Part shown: positions 1-8,800 of the stretch, piece by piece | How positions within the stretch are numbered: position 1 is the stretch's first letter | Layout of the letters: every line of letters begins with the position of its first letter | Origin: Alistipes sp. | GTDB taxonomy: Bacteria; Bacteroidota; Bacteroidia; Bacteroidales; Rikenellaceae | Direction of reading: 5' to 3' | Length of the DNA: 64,000 nucleotides | Assembly (NCBI GenBank): GCA_017560455.1 | Contig: JAFZEY010000099.1 | Location: 1,294 to 65,293 of the forward strand | Notes under the pieces: generated by a model | Databases searched by the model: none | What the model was told of the DNA's origin: nothing | The model's input: the letters and a program-made list of their open reading frames with translations, nothing else | Program-made: the position numbers and the translations under genes

Positions 1-1
1 A

Positions 2-556
2 GTTATAAATACCGGAAAAATTATATTTGAAGGTACCTCGAAAGACGGAGTGCAGATTGGCGGTCTCTTTGGAGTACACTGGAATAGCGTAGCTAATGCT
101 AGTTTGAGCGTAATCAGTATAGGAGATATTGTAGCAACCGGAAAGTTTAACTCATCGAAGGTTTGCCATGTAGGAGGCTTTATGGGTCGTACAGGATCAA
201 GTACAAAGATTGATAGAAATATCAAAGCACCAAGCCAGATTTATTGCGACATTATCGCTTATACAGTTGCCAAAAATGGCGATGAGTACACATTCACTCC
301 ATACAAGAATGTTGGTATGGTTACAGGTAATACTGACGATGATATGGCAAATTGTGCAAATGCTCAAATCGGTGGTCGAATTGCAACAACTGCAACCGTT
401 GTAGACGGCGTAGTTGCTCCTACTTGGGTTAGTCTTACTTCGACAAACTACGCTGACTATGTATTTGGCGTTCGCAACAACCTCACCGAGTACGCAGGCG
501 CATCGCGTTTGGAGAGCAAGGATAGCATAGTTTGGGGTGACTATGGCAACAACTAA
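2..556 (+). CDS. C-terminal part of a large, probably surface/fimbrial-type protein (5' end outside window)
   Basis: The frame is open from base 2 (VINTGKIIFEG...). Repeated Gly-rich GLUG-like motifs occur (IGGLFG, VGGFMG, VGMVTG). The region is more AT-rich than the rest of the window. Confidence 0.6.
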   Translation, partial: VINTGKIIFEGTSKDGVQIGGLFGVHWNSVANASLSVISIGDIVATGKFNSSKVCHVGGFMGRTGSSTKIDRNIKAPSQIYCDIIAYTVAKNGDEYTFTPYKNVGMVTGNTDDDMANCANAQIGGRIATTATVVDGVVAPTWVSLTSTNYADYVFGVRNNLTEYAGASRLESKDSIVWGDYGNN

Positions 557-590
557 TTTAGGAGTTTAATAAATTAATTTTGAGATAGTT

Positions 591-716
591 ATGAAAAAGA
601 TATTTTATCAAACCCCTGAGGTTTCGGTATTTGAGGTAGTTGCTGAGCGCGGCTACGAAAATAGCACTTCGTTCAACATCCCTGGAATGAATACAGACGA
701 GGACACTTGGGCTTAA
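591..716 (+). CDS. 41-aa small protein MKKIFYQTPEVSVFEVVAERGYENSTSFNIPGMNTDEDTWA (below ORF-track cutoff)
   Basis: Translated by hand. It has an AT-rich leader and an MKK start, lies 34 bp after the upstream gene, and is followed by a strong terminator. Confidence 0.7.
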   Translation: MKKIFYQTPEVSVFEVVAERGYENSTSFNIPGMNTDEDTWA

Positions 717-729
717 TCAACCAAGTTTT

Positions 730-771
730 AAAACAAATCGGGCGAGAGTTTTTCTCGCCCGATTTGTTTTT
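730..771. terminator. Intrinsic terminator, probably bidirectional
   Basis: Perfect 18-bp inverted repeat AAAACAAATCGGGCGAGA / TCTCGCCCGATTTGTTTT with a 5-nt loop, between convergent genes. Confidence 0.9.
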
Positions 772-773
772 AG

Positions 774-802
774 AGAGTAGTGAGTAGTGAGTAGTGAGTA
801 GT
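774..802. repeat. Heptamer tandem repeat (GAGTAGT)x4
   Basis: Directly visible: agagtag tgagtag tgagtag tgagtag t. Confidence 0.9.
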
Positions 803-959
803 TTTTTAATGGTACAAGCGATGCGGAGAGGGTAAATTCATTTACACTATGCCTTCAAGAGGGAAGAACGCAAAGTTAAATCCGCTTGCGCAGTTTACTT
901 GAGCGTAAATGAGCAAGCGGATTATCGAAGTGTAACGCTGCAAGCGCTACTTAAAAAAC
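801..959. repeat. Palindromic dispersed element, copy 1 (extra sequence in left arm)
   Basis: Ends are GTTTTTTAA / TTAAAAAAC. Core is AATCCGCTTGC-GCAG-TTTAC-ttgagc-GTAAA-TGA-GCAAGCGGATT, followed by CGAAGtgTAACGCTGCAA. Confidence 0.75.
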
Positions 960-963
960 AATT

Positions 964-2169
964 CTACTTCTTGCGGCTTTTCTTGGCCACAAGTGCCTTT
1001 TCAACCTCAATCTGGAAGTCGGAAAGCACATTCATATAGTTGATGAAGGCCTCATAGGATGATCCATAAGGGTTGAAATAGGAGTGAACATCTCCATCGG
1101 AGAGCCACTTGGTTGCCATATAGTAGAAGTGGTCGGAGGCCTGCATGAAGTTCCAGACATAGTCGAAGTCGGGACTCTTCAATGAGCGCACCTTATCCTT
1201 CAAGGCGTAGAGCTTTCTAAACGCCTCATTCTGCAAATCATTACCGAGCCAAGCGGTGATATCGCGCTCCTCATCGGCCCACGACATAGCGTGAGGGCAG
1301 TGGAGAATAGCCACAGGCTGATGCTCGGCAGCGGTCTCGCTGACGGTAGCAAACTTCAAATCGCCACGGCTCAAGATTGCCGACGGAAGGTTCTTGACAA
1401 AGTCGAAGATGCCCGTAGAGGCCTTCTGGTGTTCGCCAAAGGTTTCGTAGTCCATAAAGAGGTTGATAACCTCACCCTCCGACTCCGAAAGCCACTCCGC
1501 ATACTTGTCGGCAGTGAGTGGATACTCGCTCCAACCCTGATTCGAGAAGCGGAATGCAATATCGTCAGAGAGTTTATAGTTACGCAACAAAAGACGAAGG
1601 CTCTGGTCGGCAGCTCCAGCATAGACAAAATCGGGCGACTTCCAACCGAGGATATGCTTTGCGCCCTCGGCCAACATAGTCTTGAAGCCGAGCTCACCAA
1701 CAGTCTCGCCAATCTCGTCGGAGTAGATCAACTCCGTATTGCGGAACGCCTTCGGCTTGATACCAAACTCCGCCTTCAACATTGCGGTATGCTTCTTGAC
1801 CTGCTCCTTGAAGTCCTCCTTCGAGGAGAGCGATGCCAACGAGTGTGAGTAGGTCTCAGCCAACAACTCAACGCACCCTGTATCGACCAATGCACGGAAC
1901 GAATCCAACACCTCGGGGGCGTAAGCCTTGAACTGCTCGACAACACTACCTGTAAGCGAAAACGAGATACGAAATGCCCCCTTATTCTCCTTGATAAGCT
2001 TCAGGAGCAACGCATTCATCGGCAGATAGCACTCGCGCGCAATCTTCTGCATAATGGCGCGATTGGTCAAGTCGTCGAGGTAGTTGTGTTCCTTGCCGAT
2101 ATGGAAAAAGCGGTAGGTCTTCAATCGCCAAGGCTGATGTACCTGAAAATACAAACAAACTGTCTTCAT
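964..2169 (-). CDS. Glycoside hydrolase family 57 (alpha-amylase-like)
   Basis: GH57 motifs FQVHQP, ETYSHSL, FRNTEL (nucleophile Glu), DYETFGEHQ and SWAD. Confidence 0.9.
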   Translation of the reverse strand: MKTVCLYFQVHQPWRLKTYRFFHIGKEHNYLDDLTNRAIMQKIARECYLPMNALLLKLIKENKGAFRISFSLTGSVVEQFKAYAPEVLDSFRALVDTGCVELLAETYSHSLASLSSKEDFKEQVKKHTAMLKAEFGIKPKAFRNTELIYSDEIGETVGELGFKTMLAEGAKHILGWKSPDFVYAGAADQSLRLLLRNYKLSDDIAFRFSNQGWSEYPLTADKYAEWLSESEGEVINLFMDYETFGEHQKASTGIFDFVKNLPSAILSRGDLKFATVSETAAEHQPVAILHCPHAMSWADEERDITAWLGNDLQNEAFRKLYALKDKVRSLKSPDFDYVWNFMQASDHFYYMATKWLSDGDVHSYFNPYGSSYEAFINYMNVLSDFQIEVEKALVAKKSRKK

Positions 2170-2198
2170 ATTTTTTCTCTTTTTTGTTTTCGATTCCC

Positions 2199-3509
2199 TT
2201 ATTTTGCCGATGCGATAGCATCTTCGTAAACCGCCTTAATCTTCTTGGCGGCATCGTTCCATTTGAGGTTTGTCACCTCCTCCAAGCCCTTCTTTGCAAA
2301 CATCTGCGAGAGTGCAGGGTAGGTTATCAAGCCATAGATGGCATCGGCCATACTATCGACATCCCAATAATCCACCTTAACGGCATAGTCCAACACCTCG
2401 GCAACGCCCGACTGCTTCGAGATAATCGATGGCACATTGGCGCGCATAGCCTCCAACGGCGAAATACCGAATGGCTCCGACACCGAAGGCATAATATAGA
2501 CATCCGAGAGTTGGAACATCTTATGAACATCGTCACCCTTCAAGAAGCCCGTAAAGTGGAAGCGGTCGGCAATTCCGAGGCGCGCAACACGACGAATTAT
2601 GTGGTTCATCATATCGCCCGAGCCCGCCATCACAAAGCGCACATTCGGCACCCTCTTCAGCACCTTTGCTGCAGCCTCAACGAAGTAGTCAGGGCCCTTC
2701 TGGAAGGTGATACGACCGAGGAAGGTGACAATCTTATCCTCGACTCCACGCTCCGGCAGTTCGGTATCCTTCTCTGCAAAGCGCACGGCATTATGCACCG
2801 TAACAACCTTCTCGGCAGGGATACCATACTTCTCGATAACGATATTACGCGTGAGGTTCGACACGGCAATAACACGGTCGGCGGCAGCCATACCCGTACG
2901 CTCGATTTCATACACTCGGGTATCGATATTATCGCTCGACGAACGGTCGAAAGATGTGGCGTGCATATGCACCACAAGCGGCTTGCCCGACACGCGCTTT
3001 GCTGCTATACCCGCATAGTAGGTGAGCCAATCGTGAGCGTGGATAACATCGAACTGCCCCTCCAGGTCTTTGGCTATCTGCGCTGCGACAATGGCATAAC
3101 GGGCAACCTCCTCCATTATGTTGGCACCATATTTTCCCGAGAAGGTGTAACGCTGGCTCCACACATCACTCGTCTCCCAACGCTTCTCGCCCGTCTTTAC
3201 GAACTCGTCGTGGTAGGTTTCATACTCCTCTGGCGAGAGATAAGGCACGAGGTTGGAGTCCACTTGTATAAACGACATCTTCTCGATGATATCGGCAGCA
3301 TCGGAACTAACCTTACCGAATACGGTCTCAACATCGCTCGCATTCACCACGCGGACAAAGCGTTCATCCTCATCGCCCGAGGCGCGAGGCATAACGAAGG
3401 TAACCTCCACATCGTTGCGAGCCAATCCGCGAGTCATACCATAACAGGCTGTACCGAGTCCGCCCGCAATATGCGGTGGAAACTCCCAGCCAAACATTAA
3501 AACCCTCAT
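2199..3509 (-). CDS. GT4 glycosyltransferase (glycogen-synthesis associated)
   Basis: Motifs MFGWEFPPHIAGGLG, HAHDW, GRITFQKG and SEPFGISPLEA (EX7E). Confidence 0.9.
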   Translation of the reverse strand: MRVLMFGWEFPPHIAGGLGTACYGMTRGLARNDVEVTFVMPRASGDEDERFVRVVNASDVETVFGKVSSDAADIIEKMSFIQVDSNLVPYLSPEEYETYHDEFVKTGEKRWETSDVWSQRYTFSGKYGANIMEEVARYAIVAAQIAKDLEGQFDVIHAHDWLTYYAGIAAKRVSGKPLVVHMHATSFDRSSSDNIDTRVYEIERTGMAAADRVIAVSNLTRNIVIEKYGIPAEKVVTVHNAVRFAEKDTELPERGVEDKIVTFLGRITFQKGPDYFVEAAAKVLKRVPNVRFVMAGSGDMMNHIIRRVARLGIADRFHFTGFLKGDDVHKMFQLSDVYIMPSVSEPFGISPLEAMRANVPSIISKQSGVAEVLDYAVKVDYWDVDSMADAIYGLITYPALSQMFAKKGLEEVTNLKWNDAAKKIKAVYEDAIASAK

Positions 3510-3515
3510 CTTACT

Positions 3516-5513
3516 CTATTTTTTACTTTTCTTAACACTCTTTTTTGCGGCTGTGCGCTTTGTTGCGCGCTTCGCCTTCGCCTTATACTGCTCGATAAGA
3601 TGCTTTATGTAGAGCAATCCGCCCACACTCCACGCCTGCGACACCGCACCTCGCGGAGCAAACGGAGGATTAGCATCGTAGTACTCGGCAATAGAGCCGA
3701 TGCAGTAGGTTTGGATATTATCGTCAAATGCCGCAAGCATCTCCTCGGCCTGATGGATAAAGCGCTCGCCATCAAGCCTCAATGCACACTCTACATAGAA
3801 CATCAACGGCCATACCCACACAGCACCATTAGTTGCAGCAGCCTCCTGCTCGATAGGGTTCGTCTTGTAGGTCGATTCGAACATCGGATTGCGAGGCGAC
3901 AGCGAACGAAGTCCCGCAGGAGTAAGCAGATGCTGGCGCACCGTCTTCAATACTCGCACCATCTGCTCATCGTTGAGCATTGTATATTTCAAACCGCAGG
4001 CAACAATCTGGTTGCAACGAATATAGTCGTTCTTGCCCTCCATATCTACATAGTCGGCAAGGTAGCCCTCGTCAGCAAGATAGAAGGTATCGATGAACGA
4101 CTGCTTAATCTGTGGCAGTATCGCGGTCCACTCTTTCTCGAACGCCTCATCGCCCATCTTCTTGGCCAAGTCCAAGGTGTATGACACAGCGTTATACCAC
4201 AAGGCATTTATCTCTACGGCATATCCTGCACGCGGAGTAACCGGCTTACCATCCATCACAGAGTCCATCCAAGTCAAAGCAACGCCATCACGAGCAGCCC
4301 AGATAAGCCCGTTTGTATGCATCGCCACACAACCTCCGCAGAAACCCTTACGATAGGCTGCAAGGATGCTCTTCATCGCCTTACCATAGCGTTCCCACAC
4401 CTCTTGCGCACCAATCTGCTCCTCCAACTGTTGCAAGGTCCAAAAGAACCAAAGTGGTGCATCTGCCGCAACCTCTGCCGAAGCCGAGCCGGCAAAGTCG
4501 CCATTGCGCATATCGCCCACCATAGTGTCGAGCACATCCATACAGACCTCCTTGCTACCCTGCTCCAAGGTCAAGCCCGGAAGTGAGATGAAGGCCGAAC
4601 GACCCGCTTTCCCATACCAAGGGTATCCCGACATCACTTCGGTACGATTACCCGAACGGCGAATTATAAATTGTCGCGCCGAGTGGTGCAGACAGCTCTC
4701 GAAGTCGATCTTGTGGGTACGACTTGCCAACGACGAGTCGAAGGCTTCGCGTATAGCCTCACCCGAAGGCATCTCGTCTACTGAAGCCGAGAATATTATG
4801 CTCTCACCCTTCTTGATTTTCATCTCGAAGTAGCCCGTCGTGAGGAGGTCTTCGTAGCCCTCGTAGCCGCGCTCCAACTCCTTCTGATACTCGAAGTCGT
4901 AGTACCAATCTGGTGCAGGGATAAACTCTGCATCAGCCTTCGAGAGTTGCATATGCAACCAAGGGAAGCCATCATAAAGGCGATTTTTCACTCCGTTAAC
5001 AACGGGATAGGAGCGAACATTGGCATACATATTAACCTTCGATAACTCGTGCCTATTGCGGAAGGCCAGGAATGGGCGCAGACGCAATATGGTCTCGGAG
5101 TGTGCATCTACGAGCGTGTAGCGAATCATCATATGTGTTCGCCTATGCACCCAGAGAATCTCTTTGCGAAGGATCACGCCGCCGACACGATAGGTGATGG
5201 TCGGACACGGCGTATATTCAAAGTCGGTGATATATTTATGTCCGCGAGGCTCATATACGCCACGATAACGATGGAGAGCCAGGTTAAACGACTGGTCGTG
5301 CTGCACAATGGTCTCATCGAGTGACGAGAGCAGCACATAGGTATTGTTACTCTCATCAATCGGAGCAACTATCAAACCGTGATACTTGCGAGTATTACAA
5401 CCTACGATGGTGGTACTCATATAACCACCTCGACGATCGGTTGCCAACATCTCACGCTGCAACGAATACTCCAAGTTTCCCAACTCCTGTTTATCAAATT
5501 TAAGTCCCGGCAT
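3516..5513 (-). CDS. Glycogen debranching enzyme (amylo-alpha-1,6-glucosidase, GDE_N + GDE_C)
   Basis: Motifs CNTRKYHGL, SGYPW, LTWMD, AVEINALWYNA and SQAWS. Start placed at MPGLKF (5513); 5537 is possible. Confidence 0.88.
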   Translation of the reverse strand: MPGLKFDKQELGNLEYSLQREMLATDRRGGYMSTTIVGCNTRKYHGLIVAPIDESNNTYVLLSSLDETIVQHDQSFNLALHRYRGVYEPRGHKYITDFEYTPCPTITYRVGGVILRKEILWVHRRTHMMIRYTLVDAHSETILRLRPFLAFRNRHELSKVNMYANVRSYPVVNGVKNRLYDGFPWLHMQLSKADAEFIPAPDWYYDFEYQKELERGYEGYEDLLTTGYFEMKIKKGESIIFSASVDEMPSGEAIREAFDSSLASRTHKIDFESCLHHSARQFIIRRSGNRTEVMSGYPWYGKAGRSAFISLPGLTLEQGSKEVCMDVLDTMVGDMRNGDFAGSASAEVAADAPLWFFWTLQQLEEQIGAQEVWERYGKAMKSILAAYRKGFCGGCVAMHTNGLIWAARDGVALTWMDSVMDGKPVTPRAGYAVEINALWYNAVSYTLDLAKKMGDEAFEKEWTAILPQIKQSFIDTFYLADEGYLADYVDMEGKNDYIRCNQIVACGLKYTMLNDEQMVRVLKTVRQHLLTPAGLRSLSPRNPMFESTYKTNPIEQEAAATNGAVWVWPLMFYVECALRLDGERFIHQAEEMLAAFDDNIQTYCIGSIAEYYDANPPFAPRGAVSQAWSVGGLLYIKHLIEQYKAKAKRATKRTAAKKSVKKSKK

Positions 5514-5680
5514 AATATAGTTGTTGTAAAATTTCATTCTGTTTTGTAAAGTTAATAAAAATTTCGGCTAATTATCACGCAAGAACCAAATATTTTCAAG
5601 AAAAGCCTTAATATGCTCTTTGCCGAAAAGGATATTCAGAATATGAAATATATTTGAGAAGAATACCACTTCCCAAAAAT

Positions 5681-5806
5681 ATAAAATTGATTTTATAGGT
5701 GCATTTTCAAGGCTTGCAAGGTGCTGAGTGCGCAGCATAGTTAACCTATGTGAGCAACTCAGCACACGAAGCGTAACGAAGAAAATGCCCCATAAAACAA
5801 TTTTAT
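5681..5806. repeat. Palindromic dispersed element, copy 2
   Basis: Terminal IR ATAAAATTGATTTTATAGGTGCATTTTC / GAAAATGCCCCATAAAACAATTTTAT. Core is GTGCTGAGT-GC-GCAG-CATAG-ttaac-CTATG-TGA-GC-a-ACTCAGCAC. It overlaps the stop codon at 5803-5805. Confidence 0.85.
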
Positions 5807-8800
5807 GCCCATTTGACGAGGGCGAAGTCCATTCTGTATGGCAGGCTCTCGTTCTTTGGGTAGACACGCAAGGCGATATCGAATGCACCTGTGCGAGTTG
5901 GGGTTACATCGAGAGCATATGTTGCAATAGTGCCTTCGACATTTACAAGGCGCAACTGCTCGGTAAGGGTGATATCCGGCGACTGAGAGCCGACAACCTG
6001 CTTGGCAACAACGAGCTCTACACCAATCTCCTCGGCTGTGAGGGTTGCAACATCGACCTTAACCTCGAAGTGGTACTTCTCGCCGAGCATCATAGACTCC
6101 TTATCGACGCGCACACGCTGCGAATCAACCACCTTTACACTATCCCAGGCTGCCGACACACGGCGTTTCCAGGCTGCAATCTCGCGAGCGAGAAGATAGT
6201 TGTTGGATGTAACATCGCGTTTGCGCGCAGCCAACTTATTATAGAAGCGCTCCTCGTAATCGATAAGCATTCGATTTGTGGTAAAGTTCGACGCTATATC
6301 GGAGATACACTTCTTCACCGAAGCCACCCAATCGGTAGGTATACCCTTCTCGTTACGCGCGTAATATTTAGGTACAATCTGCTCCTCGATAGTGCTATAA
6401 ATCATCTCGGCATCGAGCTCGTCCTGGTGACCCTGATCAGCGAAAGTGCGCTCCATAGGGAGAGCCCAGCCGCCATTCTCCTTGTAGCCCTCAACCCACC
6501 ATCCGTCGAGTACCGAGAACTGCATAACACCATTCATCACACACTTCTCGCCCGAGGTACCCGAGGCCTCCAAAGGTCGTGTCGGAGTATTCAACCACAC
6601 ATCAACACCCTGAACCATACGGCGAGCCAACTCCATATCGTAGTTCTGCAAGAAGATAATCTTACCCACGAACTCCGGCATCAACGACACCTCAACGATA
6701 CGCTTAATCAAATCCTGACCCGGTTTATCTGCCGGGTGAGCCTTACCTGCAAAGATAAACTGTACAGGGCGCTCCTTATTATTGACGATAGCCGACAGAC
6801 GCTCCAAATTCGAGAAGAGGAGGTAGGCACGCTTGTAAGTTGCAAATCGACGAGCAAAGCCGATGGTCAAAACCTCAGGCTTTATGCGTTCGGCCACCTG
6901 CACCATCTGGCTTGGGCGGTCAAATCGCACCTGCGTAGGGTCGGCATAGCGACGCTTGATAGTCTTGATAAGTCGCTGTTTGAGGAACATACGCTCGCTC
7001 CACAACTCCTCGTCAGGAATATTATACACCTTCTGCCACTCAGGGATATCGTAGGTGTGTCCCTCGAAGCCCTTAGGGAAGTAGCGCGAGTAGAGTCGGC
7101 GCATATTCGAAGCCGTCCAAGTCGGGAAGTGAACGCCATTGGTCACATAACCGATATGCAACTCCTTCTTGAAGTATCCCGGCCACATATTACCGAGGAG
7201 ATCCTTCGACACCTCGCCGTGCAACCACGACACGCCATTGACCTCCTGCGAGAGATTACAAGCGAGCACCGACATCGAGAATCGCTCATTCGGATCGTTC
7301 GGATTAACCTTTCCGAGATTGATATATTGATCCCAAGTGATACCGAGAGTATCAGGATAATGCGACATATATTGACGAATCATCGACTCCGGGAAGGCAT
7401 CGTGTCCTGCCGGCACAGGCGTATGTGTCGTAAAGAGCGAAGAGGAGCGAACAACCTCCAACGCCTCCGAGAAGGAGAGCTTCTTACGCGACATCAAGTT
7501 GCGAATGCGCTCTACGCCGATAAATGCGGCGTGGCCCTCGTTGCAGTGATAAACCTCCTGCTTGATACCCATCTTTGCAAGGGCTCGGATACCGCCTATA
7601 CCAAGCAAGACCTCCTGCTTCAAACGATTCTCCCAATCGCCACCATAGAGGTGGTGAGTCACCTGACGATCCTCTTCGAGGTTAGCCTCATAGTCGGCAT
7701 CGAGCAAATAGAGCGGAGTGCGGCCAACCTGGCAACGCCATACGCGAGCACTCAATGTACGACCCGGCAACGCCACCTGCGTTGTTACCCACGAGCCATC
7801 CTCCTCGCGCACCGGCAAAATCGGCAACTTGAAGAAGTTTTGTGCCTCGTAGGTCGCCTCCTGAGCACCCTGCGCCGAAAGTCGCTGTGTAAAGTATCCG
7901 TAACGGTACAAAAGACCCACTGCTACCATTGGTGTATTTCTATCCGACGCCTCCTTAATATAGTCGCCGGCCAAGATTCCAAGACCACCCGAATAGATCT
8001 TCAACGAGTGGTGCAAGCCATACTCCATCGAGAAATAGGCAATCTTCGGAGCCTTCGGATTTGGTTTTTCGTTCATATACTCCTGGAACTGAGCATATAC
8101 CGCATCCATCTTTGCGAGGAACTCTTTATCCTGCTCTATCTCCGAAAGACGCTCCATCGAGACCTTATCGAGCAGAGCGATAGGGTTTCTATCGACCTCA
8201 ACCCACAACTCCTTATCGATAGCCTCGAACAAGTCACGCGCACCGAGAGTCCAGCTCCACCACAAGTTGCGCGAGAGTTCTTCGAGTGGGTGCAATCGTG
8301 TAGGCAGCAGTTTCTCTACCATTACGCGCTGCCAATTAGGGCGCTCCACAAATAGTTGCTGACGAACGAAGTTGATCTGCTCGGCAGATGTTCCGCCGTC
8401 GCCTATAACAGCACGATTTGTACGAGCTACGCAGCTCTCGATAGCATACTCATAGGCCTTGCGATAGTAGGCGAAGAGCTTATCCCACAAAGCATTCTTC
8501 GACATATCGAATGCCGCCTTGCGCACCTCTCCGACCTCCTCCTCGTTCATAGCAAGAAGGCGGAGCACCGCATCTGTTGCTGAGGATACCGCCTCAGCCG
8601 CATTATTATCGTTGCGTTCAACAACCACAACGCCCTTATTCTGCTCCTGCTCGGCTGCCCAAACGCCAAAACCAGCCAAGGTGGTGGTTATTGTAGGCAC
8701 CGAGAATGCCACCGACTCGAGCGGAGTATAACCCCACGGCTCGTAGTACGATGGATAGATTGTCAAGTCCATACCAACCAACAACTCGTAGTAGCTCTTA

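Noticed and set aside
591-716. Lasso peptide or RiPP biosynthetic cluster
   Set aside because: No cyclase, leader peptidase or RRE gene is in the window, and the radical SAM gene present is ordinary HemW. The peptide is kept only as an orphan finding.
5728-8355. 875-aa plus-strand ORF (also 2184-3500, 30952-31935, 42801-43757, 47086-47973, 54789-55775)
   Set aside because: Each lies antisense to a well-recognised gene and has no recognisable motifs. They are best explained as shadow ORFs caused by codon bias.
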